The notes below the pieces were generated by a model. That model was given only the letters and a program-made list of their open reading frames with translations. It had not been told where the DNA came from and did not search any database. 64,000 bases of DNA, taken from Octopus sinensis (taxonomy: Eukaryota). Below, piece after piece: positions 49,647 through 62,437 of this stretch; the first letter of the stretch is position 1; every line of letters starts with the position of its first letter. The stretch covers positions 13,144,001 to 13,208,000 of the forward strand of contig NC_043012.1 in NCBI RefSeq assembly GCF_006345805.1. The letters are read 5' to 3'. The translations under genes and the position numbers were made by a program.

Positions 49647-50230
49647 TAACTTTAAAAATGTTTGATAGATTGCGGTTAATTCATTCTCTCTTACCTGTTT
49701 GTGTCAGCCTTCCAATTGCTGTTTTTACTGAGACTCTCCTTTTTAGTAGAAGAAATAGCTATACCCTTGACTGCTATTTCTAAATTCGGTATGTGGTAAG
49801 GCAATTCGTTGCTGAACCCTTATTGCTTAGTATATATATATATATATATACATATATTATAATATATATATATAGATATATATATATATATTATATATAT
49901 ACAATTTTATTAAACATTTTATACACACAGGATAAATCCATGACAAAAATTAAATAATAAAGGTAAGTAACAATCAGCAACTGCTCAAGAAGAATTCGGT
50001 GTTTTCGAAGCCACTGCAAAAATTGCTAATGCATCCCTGGTTTTCATACTGCGCTCTCCTGATCCAAGCAGTTACATTTTAAAATAAAATGGAAATAGAA
50101 TGTGTACTTATTGAAGCTCATCTTTAAACTCTTTGTTTTAAATAATTAATGCACAAATCTCCATATAAACATAACAATATTTGCATTATTCATATTTGAT
50201 GGATATTTTATCCTCATCTTGTTTTTTGTT

Positions 50231-50277
50231 AACACAACATTTCAGCTGATATACCCTCCAGCCTTCATCAGGTGTCT
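50231..50277 (-). ncRNA. Minimal Penelope-type hammerhead motif, CpG-decayed
   Basis: Minus strand reads gacac CTGATGA a ggctg gagggtatat cagct GAAA tg TT gtgtt. Restoring two C residues would give cagcc and an ACGT helix III palindrome. Confidence 0.6.
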
Positions 50278-50298
50278 TTTTCGATGCTGTTGTAATTA

Positions 50299-50337
<39 letters not shown>

Positions 50338-50594
50338 TATTATTATTATTATTATTATTATTGTTGTTGTTGTTGTTGTTGTTGTTGTTATTATTATTTC
50401 TCAGGTCACTGGTTTGAATTGAACTGGGGTTAGTAGCGCTCTTCACAACTACGACATATACCCGTGGGAATATATCCGTCAAATGTAAGTAATTTATATA
50501 ATGTACATAATTCCTCCTCTCTTAAATATCGAACTGAAATATAACAATATTTATATACAGAACATGTACGATTTAATTTCAATATATAAGATGT

Positions 50595-51035
50595 ATATAG
50601 AGGGAGGTTTTTTACATTTAGACAACTTCAGTGTATACAACATTTCTAGTTAGTTTCTGTATACCATGATGATCCCGTCATCTTAGTTTTGACTTGTAAT
50701 TGAGGAACTGGTTTTGGTCAGCGTAAATTCTTGTCTGGGATTCCAACTATGCTTATAGCAAATCTAATTGAGGAACTCATTTTTGTCAGTATATAATTTC
50801 GTCTTGGAATCCAACCCTACTTATAGTAACGTATAATTGACCGCGAATGAAAACTGGATTTGGTAAGTAATTGCCACATTTTCGTTGACTCTGTATTTGG
50901 CTTGTGTTTATGGAACTTGCAAAATGTGGAACTTGGAAATTGGCGTCTTTGTAACGTAAAAGTTAATTCAGAATCAGAAGGCGTTACACTGATCCGAGGA
51001 ATCAGAACGATTTGTCCCACATCAACTCCAGTCAA
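50595..51035 (-). mobile_element. Helitron helicase C-terminal remnant
   Basis: TGVDVGQIVLIPRISVTPSDSELTFTLQRRQFP, and terminal TRNVVYTEVV* near 50600-50650. Confidence 0.8.
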
Positions 51036-51139
51036 TTTTTTTTCAGTTATTAGATTGTTATTTTCAGGTACAATTTTATACCTTATGTCGTAAAAATGAC
51101 CGTTTTCGTGATCGAAATTTCTGATTAATATTATTGGTG

Positions 51140-51415
51140 CTACAATTTATAATTTAATCTCATGCGGAAGTAGACCCCTGATAGAAATTCTTCTCTTTTG
51201 TATGATAAACTATCTCGATATTGTTGAGCATCTTGATGTAGAACTTCTCTTCCTTCCCCTGAAAAACACATTGCAGCATATATGAGGCACCCACCTCTTG
51301 TTTTGGTACCCGACTTTACACCCGAATTAATATTTATAGGCAAATTTAAATTTGATGACATTGATCTTCTGCTAGTTACGCGGGGAAAATTTCCTATTCA
51401 TGATCTAACACAATG
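51140..51415 (-). mobile_element. Second Chapaev3-like N-terminal fragment
   Basis: 51275-51415 is a diverged direct copy of 44930-45075 (gttacgcggggaaaatttcct..tcatgatctaaca). Confidence 0.65.
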
Positions 51416-51419
51416 GTCC

Positions 51420-53415
51420 CAGTCAATCTCATAATTCCTAAAATTGTTCCCATGCCCATGTAATTCAAACTAGACACATTAATTCAGAGATTCTTATTGA
51501 ATATATTAATTGAACATTTCGTCATGGACAGACAATTTCTCCATTTTCTATTTTTTAAAAGGTAATATAACTATATCCATCAATGTGAAGGTAACATCTA
51601 GTTTTTTTACTGATAAACTGGATAAAGGCGGGGAACCTGGATATGACATCCCTTTAAGAAGTATTTATATCCTTCAAAAATTTATATGTGAGCGTGTGTG
51701 TGAATGTTTGTGTGTGTGTGCGTTCGTGTGCTTGTATGTGTGTGTATAAAAGATGGAGGTGGAAGCATCCCAGAAGCGGAACCAAGACATTTCAATTTAG
51801 AAAGATATTTATAAAATGACTTACAGGTTATATAAATCGAGTATAAAATATTATCAGTTTTGACGATGAATTTCATATGAAATATTAATTAAACAAAATT
51901 ATAAACACACAATCACACACACTCATACATACACACACATACACAGAACAGAATACGTTGCAAGAAAACAAATACACACAAACACAAACTCGCACCTTGA
52001 GACACACAAGAGAAAACATCACACACGCAAATACACATAGATATACACATTTGGAGACACTCAGAAAAAACATCGCATTTCACACCCACATACACCCAAA
52101 AGAAAAAAAAATCTTAATTAGTTTCTTAACAAGACTGTCATCGCAACATACATACCCATTAACACACAGCTGGTCACATTTCAAACATACGTAAATAACA
52201 TTCACAACACACACCTACACATCTAGACATATGATCCATTCAGTAACTGCTTTTAAGTCACTCACTCGGCAGGAGCCTATATGGATTTTCCAAACGATAC
52301 TCAGGTAGACCTAATTCTGATTCTGTCTAACAATTTGATCTTTATACAAAACCATATTTAAAGAAGACTTCAACGAAAAAAGTCTCCAGATATGTTTTAA
52401 CCGCCAAACAGTTGACACATTGCATTTAGTGTTTATAAAGTTTTATTAATATTTGGTAATATGAAATTCATCATCAAAACCGTTAATAGTTTATACTTTT
52501 GTTACCTAATTTTTAAATCAATTTACTAAATTCGTTCCAAATTTGAATGTCTTAGAGTTACCTCTGTACCGTTTCCAACCCCATTCTTTATATATAATAA
52601 TTGATTTGTATAGATTTGTAATTTTTCAAATACATGCATACCTACATACACACACATATAAACACATAAAATCACATACACATATATTATACATATAGTC
52701 CTCGTTTTAGAGATGCACAAAAATGTGTGCTATGTACATCACAGCACTAAATGTCGTGTATCAAAAACAAGCCTCAATTAAGAAGTCTTGAACCGCAGAT
52801 TTTTGGGATCAGTTGTTATATTTCCAACAGCGCTATCCTCATCGGAAATGCAGTTTATATTGGCTTCTGATATTGATGCATTAATGTAGGCTTCGAGTTG
52901 CAGTTTAATGTTTAATATTTAATTTTCATCCGATTTTGAAACAGTTTTAGAAATATAAAAATATACATAAAGACTTTACTACGTTCTAATATATATATAT
53001 ACATATGTATTTTGATATTTCGATCTTTTTTTATGTGAAACGTCCATTGAATATTTCATTCGAATAGAAGAAGGAAGCTACTTGAAAATAAAAATTAAAA
53101 TATATGATTTAAAGTTTTGTTATTCAATATTCCACACAAAAGAAAGAGAATATAGCGCAAGTAGGAAAAAGTAGGATAAAGTATGTAATAGAAGAGTTGT
53201 GCTAATGTTGAATGTAGAACGTACGATATGATATGTATAAAATTAAAGAAGACACTAGCGAAATATATTTCCAGGATCATCTGCATTGATGTCAACGTCG
53301 AATAACATTTGCGGTACTGAGCTGGGTAGTTTGATATTGTGTATGTATTGTAGAATGTTCAATGTTATTACATTGCTTATTTGATGTGTGAATGTACCGT
53401 GGAAGACAAAAGATT
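51420..53415 (-). repeat. Inverted copy of the 41225-43145 unit
   Basis: Reverse complement is collinear with 41225-43145 along its length. Confidence 0.85.
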
Positions 53416-53416
53416 T

Positions 53417-53462
<46 letters not shown>

Positions 53463-53474
53463 TAATAATGATAA

Positions 53475-53965
53475 TAATAATAATAGACTACTGAAAGGCT
53501 TTTGGTTGCATTTCCAACACGCGGATCCTTGAAACACTAGCCATTAAGAAGGTAGCGCCAATAATTATAGAATACATGAGACACTATGAAAGGATGGTAG
53601 ACAGTGCTACAGCTCCAAACAAAAGAGGGACTACTTATAACCGAAGCCACCCCCATTTGAAGAGCGATATTCCAGGGAGACACGCTCTCTCCAACCATTT
53701 TCTGCTTGTCACTGACACCTTTATCTGATATGCTAAATGGATGTGGATATTAATGTTCGCGCAAAACTATCAGCCACCTTTTATATATGGATGACCTAAA
53801 ACTATACGCTACAAATGATAAACAGCTGGAAACACTACTACAAACAGTACTTGGATTTACCAAAGAAATAGATGCCAAAGCAACCCTGAAAAATGGAAAC
53901 TAGTTAAGAGTGGCAACATCACACTAGATAAAGCCAATGAAATAAGAGAATTAGACCAAAGCATT
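53475..53965 (+). pseudogene. R4/Dong RT fragment following (TAA)n
   Basis: IFQGDTLSPTIFCLSLTPLSDML and TISHLLYMDDLKLYATNDKQLETLLQTVLGFTKEI. Confidence 0.85.
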
Positions 53966-54187
53966 ACATACATCAACAACCATATTTATTCAAAATTGCT
54001 TGTCGATCCACCACGGAAACCTCATATAGTCAACATCTTTTAGGTCTGAAGAGAAGTAATTTCGTAATGAATGAAAATGTTGCGTTACAAAATTTGATGC
54101 ATTACATCTGCGAGATTGTTCATACATTCTTTTCGGCACAGTCTAAAAATCTTGCATAATACGTCCTATATCTTTATACATATATGA

Positions 54188-54220
<33 letters not shown>

Positions 54221-54279
54221 ATATATATATATATACATACTTGCATGAATGAATGTATATCTATGTCTATATCTATATC

Positions 54280-54336
<57 letters not shown>

Positions 54337-54769
54337 TGTGTGTATGTGTGTGTGTGTGTGTGTATATTTGTGTGTGTATAAATTTGATGATTGCTTCATT
54401 TTAAGAGATATTAGCCGTCCAATCAACAGACACCCCACGCCCCATCACACAGTACAATCGCTCCGTTAATAAGCCCTTTTCAGACCAACCGCTGACTGTC
54501 ATAGTTTAGAACACAAGTGACTGATATTATTCAAGTTCTTTCTATATCATTGCCCTTTGATTCCGAAGAAATGTTTTTGTGAACTAGCATATGAAATTTA
54601 TGTCCAGATATTACCTTACAAGTTTTTTGACATATTACACATGTCGTGGGAGGTGGTTGTTGTCTAAGATCATTAGCTATATGTGCATTACGATTTTCAT
54701 GTGATGTCTTATTGTTTAGGTAACCTGTTTTGACACCAGAATACGATCACATATTATGCATGTCAAATG

Positions 54770-56150
54770 TTCACTGTTTTATTTTCAGAGTGCAGAATCA
54801 TCTTTTTCCTGCCAGGGACTGCAACCAGGCCTAACAGCACCTCTCCGTTCGCTACGAACTAGAACATCATTTTCCCAATCACGTTTGTTCATATCCAGTT
54901 TCTTCGGGTTTTCCTTCACACAGTCTTTATATCTTTTTCCTCGGCTTATTTTGTGGTCGCTTACCAGAGTTGAGATCATCATAAAAATGACGCTTTGGCA
55001 AACTCTCGACTTTCATTCTAATAACATGTCCAGTCCATCTCATTTGAGCCAAGATAACATGTTGTTCGATTGAGCTGCAAAGGACCGTGCGAAAATTTCT
55101 GTATCTGGTATCAAACATTCCCACTAGAAACCTAAATTATGTCTGAGGCACTTTTGATGAAATCTCTCCAGTATTTTTATGTGACGCTTGTAAATAGTCC
55201 ATGTCACATTTGAATAAAGACCTGCAGTTAATAGAGACGCTTTATAGACACTGATTTTTGTCTGCAGGGAAACACCTCTATCCGCCCATACTCGCATTTC
55301 GAGCTTTCCAAATACAACCCTTCCTTTCCCTATTCCATAGTATATCTCTGCATCAAGACTACCATCTCTCGACAGTGTGCTCTCTAGGAAACAGATGTGT
55401 CAACGACGTCTAAACTTGTTCCATTGAAAAATTGTTTGGTTCAGAATAAGTTTGTCCTGGTACGTGAGTGAATATTATTCTGGTTTTCCCCAAACTAATT
55501 GTGAGTGTCTAATGTACATATGAAGTGGAAGATCTGTCCATTAAATGTTGCGTATCTCCCTCTGTGTTTGCCATTAAATCAGCAGCATCGGCATAAAGTA
55601 ATTCTCTAACAAATATTTTGGAAGTCTTTGCTTTGTACTTAAACGTGGGCAAATTAAAAATACGACTAGATGTCCGAAATCTGATTCCGATTCTCCTGTT
55701 GCCATCCTTGAAAGCATAACAAAGTAATGCGGCAAAATAAACAGAGAAAAGTGTTTGACACAGTTGTTCACCGAAAATGCATGAGCTAGCTGATCATGAT
55801 AGACTACCCGAACTTTCATGTTTCTTTGTAGTTCGTTAAAAATGCACACAAAATGTGTTGGACAACCAAGTTTACACAAAACAGTCCACAGTGCTTCCCT
55901 GTTAACCGTGTCAAGTGCCTTAGTTAATCTAAGGAGACCTGGTATACTGGCATTTGTCCCTCAGAAAATATCATGCCCATTGTTCCTCGCTCATATCTGA
56001 ATCCACACTGTTCTTCAGGGATCATATGTGGATACACATTCTGCACAAGACGATCTAACATGATATTTGAAAGTATCTTCCGGTATGTGCCTGCATAGAT
56101 ATCCCTCTAGAATTACCTCACACTGCTTTCAAGCCCTTACCTTTGTATAC
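54770..56150 (-). pseudogene. RTE-clade LINE remnant (RT to 3' end)
   Basis: KLGCPTHFVCIFNELQRNMKVRV, AQMRWTGHVIRMKVESLPKRHFYDDL and KRYKDCVK. Confidence 0.85.
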
Positions 56151-56259
56151 GGAGATTAGACTGTCATTTATCCATTCTTGTGGCACAGAAAATTCATTCC
56201 AAACTCAAGTTATCAGGTTATGAATTTCAGATGAAATATGATTCCCACTTGATTTCAAA

Positions 56260-56700
56260 ACATGATGTTTTCTGTGAGGCAGGCTGAAGACAAATGCTGA
56301 GAGGGGCAAATGCCAGTATACCAGGTCTTCATTCATTAACTAAGGCATTACAGACAGTAAACATAGAAGCACTGTGGATTCTTTTGGGTAAACTTGGTTG
56401 TCCACCAAAAACAGTTCCTGTCCATGAAGACATGTTAGCGATGTTAATATGAGAACCCCACCGTTTTATGTGCAGATTTTAACTGCATGCTTCCAACAGA
56501 TCAAGTCTGCAGACATCGCCAAGCTTCTGACAATATACGACTTTTGAAAAGTGATGATTGTACGATGATAGTGTGTTCTCAAGGACATCTGCACCTCTTG
56601 GTCAAACTAGTAGATTCCAGTGACAAGCAAAACAAGATGACTTCTACTAAGTTGACTGCAGGTTTTATATCGGAGTAACTTCTCCTAGGCTTTTCCTCAA
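56260..56700 (+). pseudogene. RTE RT fragment in opposite orientation
   Basis: VRQAEDKC...LTKALQTVNIEALWILLGKLGCPPK. Confidence 0.7.
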
Positions 56701-56961
56701 AAGGATACTGCAAGCTAGTAGTGGCAACTCAATTTGAATTCGGAGCTTTAGATATAAAATTTGCAATCTTTAAAATTTGAATTGTTTTCTTTATATACTT
56801 ACACATTTATATATATATATTTCAACAATTGAGGGTAAAATTAATTAATTATTAATCAATTTCACCAAGTATTCAGTATGCAAAGGGACCATTTAAGGCG
56901 AATTCAAATTATTACATTATATAAAAGGGCTTAGTAAAATAAATTACTTTGCCGCATACTG

Positions 56962-57197
56962 AACTCATTAGAAATAGTAGCTAAAAAAACTTTTTTAAAA
57001 CTATTTCTAATACTTAAAGAAAACCTCTCTCATATAGTGTTTGCTCAATTCAACTCACGAAAGTATGGGGGTAAAGACATGTCTTTACACCCATACTTTC
57101 GTGAGTTGAATTGAGCAAACACTATATGAGAGAGGTTTTCTTTAAGTATTAGAAATAGTTTTAAAAAAGTTTTTTTAGCTACTATTTCTAATGAGTT
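56962..57197. repeat. 236-bp spacerless near-perfect palindrome
   Basis: Centre gtaaagacat|gtctttac at 57079/57080. Arms are 118 bp with one mismatch seen. (TA)n follows on the right. Confidence 0.95.
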
Positions 57198-57198
57198 T

Positions 57199-57277
<79 letters not shown>

Positions 57278-57724
57278 GTGTAAGTATATAAAGAAAACAA
57301 TTCAAATACATATATATATACATATACACACATGTACTCTGAAATCGTAGTCCACAGATATTGCCCTGTCTTGGGGTGTAGATGCGAAACTCTCCAGTTC
57401 GAAAATATGAAGACACAGATAGTGTGTCGTATAGCCAGCTGGAGACGATGTTTCCTTGGGCTAAACAAAAGTACTCTTCAGGTTAAAACAACTGCCAAGC
57501 ATAATTGTGGTATTATGCAGAATATTTGTTGTACACATATTTTATGCCACGAGCAGTTAAGCCATGAAAGCCATTATTATTATCATTTATTGTCATTGTA
57601 CACCTTCTAACGTTGGATATGCACTATATATATATATATATATATAGTGAACTAAGGTAACACCCCTTATTTTCGAGCATCATCCGGAGTATTTGAGCAG
57701 TTCCAAATTATTATTATTATTATT

Positions 57725-58270
57725 GAGTGAGAGAGCAGTTCATGCCATCAAAGTGACACTGGGGTAAAATATACGAAGCCCAATATACCCATCATGACTA
57801 CCCGTCTGATAAAGGTACACCAGGCACATGCATCACAACCATATGTGCGCGACATGGTGATCTCATATCAAGATAAACAGCACATGACCTTACAGGTGGG
57901 GCCCAGTTAGAATTTTCTTCAGGTTGAGTAGCCCATCCCGCTCAAACGGTCCCTGAATAAGGGTTGTTTAAGGATGTTGAAAAAAACACCCATGTTTCCA
58001 GAGGTGAATAATTCAAACCCCAAAGAAACCCTCTCAACACATGACTATGATGCTCCCCCACTACTTCTGCTCGTGATCAGAGATGCACATATCGTCAGCC
58101 ACTAAGGGACATGCTCAACTGGTTAAGGTCAAGCAACTGACAAACAAATCTGTGGTATTGAGCAGAATATTTGCTGTAGCCCATCTTTTATACCAAGACA
58201 AAACAATGTACATGATAACACTTCCAATCAGTTAAGATCAGAAGCCATGAGAGCCACTGCCTGGTACTGC
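57725..58270 (-). mobile_element. Probable non-coding interspersed element bounded by (ATT)n tracts
   Basis: Sharp microsatellite boundaries and higher GC than flanks. No second copy in the window. Confidence 0.35.
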
Positions 58271-58279
58271 ATCAGGGCA

Positions 58280-58388
<109 letters not shown>

Positions 58389-58904
58389 GTCCATCTTTCT
58401 TTAAATTTCCTTCCGTTTCTCGCCGAGTGTTTTCCGTACACCTAGGGCAGAGAAGCTCATTGTATGTATTCCCAGATTATACACGCAATATTCACAGGTA
58501 AAATATGTATTAAAAAAATTAAGAAATAAATGAATTCATGAACTGAAGTTGTTTTCACAGCGATAATGCTCTTCTCAGTACATGAGTCGTTCCAGTCAAC
58601 ACGATTTTACGCACTTCCTGTAGGGATAGTAAGCCCGGTATCATTTTCAAATAGGTTTCAGTACCTTTTTTTAAAAGTGCACACCAAGGGCTCAGTGATC
58701 GTTAGGAGATATGTCGTCAGATTGCAATAATCAGCAACGCTATCCCATTGTCGATGAAATGGAATGAATTTTTTCAGTTCTTCGGGAGAGTAAATGATAT
58801 GTCTTTAACACAATAACAGTATTATAACAGCGCATTTCTTTTTAAATATCTTCTTCTTTAGCACTCCGTCGGTTACGACAATGAGGGTTCCGGTTGATCC
58901 GAAT

Positions 58905-59238
58905 CAACGGAACATCCTGTTCGTGAAATTAACGTGTAAGTGGCTGAGCACTCCACAGACACGTGCACCCTTAACGTAGTTCTCGGGGATATTCTGCGTG
59001 ACACAGAGAGTGACAAGGCCGGCCCCTTGAAATACAGGTACAACAGAAACAGGAAGTAAGAGTGAGAGAAAGTTGTGGTGAAAGAGTACAGCAGGGATCA
59101 CCACCATCCCCTGCCGGAGCCTCGTGGAGATTTATGTGTTTTCGTTCAATAAACACTAACAACGCCCGGTCTAGGAATCGAAACCGCAATCCTATAACCG
59201 CGAGTCCGCTGCCCTAACCACTAGGCCATTGTGCCTCC
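58905..59238 (-). mobile_element. tRNA-derived SINE, more complete copy of the 11680 family
   Basis: Minus-strand head ggaggcacaatggcctagtggttagggcagcggactcgcggttataggattgcggtttcgattcctagaccgggcg. Confidence 0.88.
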
Positions 59239-60429
59239 TTTTTAAATATACCAATGAACTAAGAAGGCGAGGGTTAGAATATAAGAGACAATCAACAAAA
59301 CGGGATATAAAATTGATATCCTGTATTTTACCTTCTGCTTTGTGTTTTTATTTACCTAACGAAAGCTGCTCTAAAAGATGTCAATGATGACGATAACGGC
59401 AGCATTGATAGGGATAGTGATAAAGACAGTGAATGCAAAGAAGTTGGGGACATTTGTTGGCATAAAGATTGTATTGTTCATTGTTGGTAGAGGTGTTTTA
59501 TGCACCACTATTATGACTAATGCCATTAGTATATATTTTAATGCTTTTTCGTCATTGCTACTGATATCATTATTCACGAGGAAATATTTGAAAAATGCAC
59601 GAATACGCGTAGTTTATCAGAGACTTGATGCTTGATATAAAAGACTCTAAAAGAACCGAAACAATGAAAATGTATTTTCCTGAAGACATACATTTTAAAG
59701 CAAGGAATTAATTAATTTAGAAATTAAATAAAATGAATTATTTTTTAGTTGTCAAGCAACCGATATATAGTGAAAAGAATTATGCTGCATTTTTCCTGAT
59801 ATTGATGGTTGTGTCAACACTAAGGTGATGACGGTGGCGGATTCATAGTATTTCTATTCGATTAGACAGTATATGTTAAAACTTACCTGTTAAATAAGCT
59901 AGACATCTTCCTCTTAATTTTGAATTTTGAAATAGTAACCGTTCTAATTTGTAGTCGGCATTTGTTAATGTAAATGGTGATAGTTGTGGTGGAGTGGTTT
60001 TGTTGAGGGCCATTTACTGATTATCAAACTGTTGGTGCACATATCTCTGCTGATGAGGGTCCCTATTTCCATGTTCTTAAATATTAGTGTGTTTCGAGGG
60101 AAAGTTGACAAATATAATACACCTTTCAACAATTAGTTGTTCTAAACTAATCTTCTCCTCCCAAAATATTAAGCATTGTGACTATACAGAAAGTATTATC
60201 ATTAATAACACCATTTTTAGAGTAGCGATAGATACGGTTAGAATGCTGTACTAAATTTGATTAGATGTTCAGTTTTGTCTCTTTAAACATTGAGTTAAAA
60301 TGAAATCGCATTCATTTAGGCATTGACCTTCTGTAACATATGTGACAGTGTTGTGAGCAATAGGTGTATAACCATGTTACACTGTGGTAATAAAGAACTA
60401 CATTTTATTCTATTTGTTTACCTTGTACA

Positions 60430-60651
60430 GTCATGCGAACTCATAAGACCCGATTTATAGGTTTCATGGCGTATATATTTCCGCATCTGGACGGGCAGCC
60501 GGTCCGTCGCAGGATTACTCATTTTTTCTAGATAAGCAACATGAAATGGTGTGTTTTGCTCAAGATCACAATGCGTCGCTCGGTCCAGGAATCAAAACCA
60601 CAATCTTACGACCACGAATCCTACACGCTAAACACTAAACCATGCGCCTCC
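60430..60651 (-). mobile_element. tRNA-derived SINE (third family), degenerate
   Basis: Minus-strand head ggaggcgcatggtttagtgtttagcgtgtaggattcgtggtcgtaagattgtggttttgattcctggacc. Confidence 0.7.
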
Positions 60652-61573
60652 ACAATATAGTGTGATTCACTTCCTATAATTTCTAACCTGTATTTACATT
60701 AGATTCAAGCATATATATAACCTAGGGAGTCTATAATAATTTTGCTTCATTACAAAAGAACAAAAAAAAAAAACAAATTAAATATATTATTTTAAATCTA
60801 ACAGTTATTTTTATACAACCAATAACAGGGAATTATATCATATTGCCGAGAACACAGTTGCCTAGAAAGAAACTGTCTTCATGATCATTGTTTTAGCGTG
60901 GATAATAAATCTTTTCCGAGAATATTCATTGTTTTAATATGGATTTAATTACACTATATATCTAATTTCGTTCTAAATCAATTTTCATATTGAAATATTT
61001 GGTTTTAGCATCACGTTTTCTGAAGACATTTCTTATAGGAAAATGTCCTTTGCTATATAATTTATTGTTTCCTAACGAACTTTAACAAACTTATAAACCT
61101 ACTTTTCATTTTATTTTCCTACAAAGTTGCAGCTTAATTTATGTATTTCATTTTCCCAATTACGTTAATGACTATTATTTCTTTATAGATCTTTGAAACA
61201 AAACATTACGGACAACATATTTAAACTGATCATCTTTTTCCCTGTAAATCTTCTTATAGGTGTTTATACTTTTTCTTTGTGCATGATTGATGTATATCAC
61301 CTAAATTGTTTTTCGTCCATATTTATCAATATTTATATGCTTCTGTATGTCAAAATAACATTCCCCCTTCCACGAAGCTAGTCTGTAATATTAATCTTGT
61401 TTTATTTAAATTTACCTCTGAAATAGTCAGTTGTTTGTGAAATTTACTTTGAGTTTTTTTTTTTCGAAGCTTAAAGTGCAACCTTAGTTCCTATCAGCGT
61501 TCTTCGCAAAACTTAATTTATTTTCTGTCGTCTTGTTGTCAACTTATAAAATTTCTAGCAATATTGGTGCTGA

Positions 61574-62437
61574 TTAGTGGCTTGTTCGCTTTAGTGACAT
61601 ATATGCTTTTGCTGTTAGGTTGTAAAATTGCGAATTAGCCATATTACAAAAAGTTGTGTGCATGACGAACTTCAGGACCGCATGATCACTCTTGGCAAGA
61701 GGGGCGCACACAGATACGTCTGACACTGATCTTGGATAGCGGGAGAATACCAGATCTAGCATAGATGGCTGCTGCCCAGACCAATGCCTTGTCGGATATT
61801 CAACATGTTGCGATAGAAAACAATCTTCAGCCACGTCAAGAAGGGCCTGGCCGAACCGGGAAGATGTTGTACAAATTGATGCGGGCCAATCGATCGTGGG
61901 GGCGTTGAAGTCGCCTAGTATCAAGCAGACATGCGAAGCTGAAACGAATCTTATCGCTTCGAGTAGATGAGCATCGTCCTGGGGGTCGGCTAGAGGCGGC
62001 CTGTAGACAGCCAACACGGGCAGGCAAAACTCAGATAGGCTCAGCTTGCAATAGACGGCATCGAATTTGGTTGTAGGTTGAGCATTTGTGGGTAGAATAC
62101 CGCAGGACGGTTTGTGCTCAGACTTAACATACACAGCAACACCTCCACCTCGCCTTTTTCCTCTGTCACATCTGAAAAGGACGTAGCCCTGCAGGTGGAT
62201 CTCTGAGTCCTTTACTGCTGGAGTCAGCCAAGTCTCGGTGATAGCTATCACATCAGGGGAGTCGCGTAGGGCCAGTGTAAATAGTTCACTGAACTTTGGG
62301 AATAAGGAGCACGAGTTGGTGTAGACGATGCTGAGCTGTGAAGTCTGAGGGGCGGGAGTTGGGGAACAAGCAGAATAAAGGGCATCAGAGATAGCATCGT
62401 TGACGGGGGTATCAACTTCACTTCGATTTGCCCTCAC
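61574..62437 (-). CDS. CR1-group LINE ORF2 N-terminus: apurinic-like (APE) endonuclease, intact frame, RT missing
   Basis: YTNSCSL, PDVIAITETWL, RCDR..RRGGGVAVYV, YRPP, ILGDFNAPTIDW, LDLVFS and SDHAVL. The listed start is a GTG. Confidence 0.85.
   Translation of the reverse strand: MRANRSEVDTPVNDAISDALYSACSPTPAPQTSQLSIVYTNSCSLFPKFSELFTLALRDSPDVIAITETWLTPAVKDSEIHLQGYVLFRCDRGKRRGGGVAVYVKSEHKPSCGILPTNAQPTTKFDAVYCKLSLSEFCLPVLAVYRPPLADPQDDAHLLEAIRFVSASHVCLILGDFNAPTIDWPASICTTSSRFGQALLDVAEDCFLSQHVEYPTRHWSGQQPSMLDLVFSRYPRSVSDVSVCAPLAKSDHAVLKFVMHTTFCNMANSQFYNLTAKAYMSLKRTSH

Larger units (their letters stand above)
48211..49830 (+). mobile_element. Retrozyme-like tandem array: ~590-nt monomer x ~2.75, one hammerhead per unit, inside (TA)n
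   Basis: cgggtgggaaggggctgttgacac at 48211, 48801 and 49393. TA repeats on both sides. No ORF. Confidence 0.9.

Noticed and set aside
59371-59635. Hydrophobic ORFs on both strands, vaguely resembling GPCR TM6-7
   Set aside because: Short, built on GAT/ATC-rich low-complexity sequence, and lacking diagnostic motifs.
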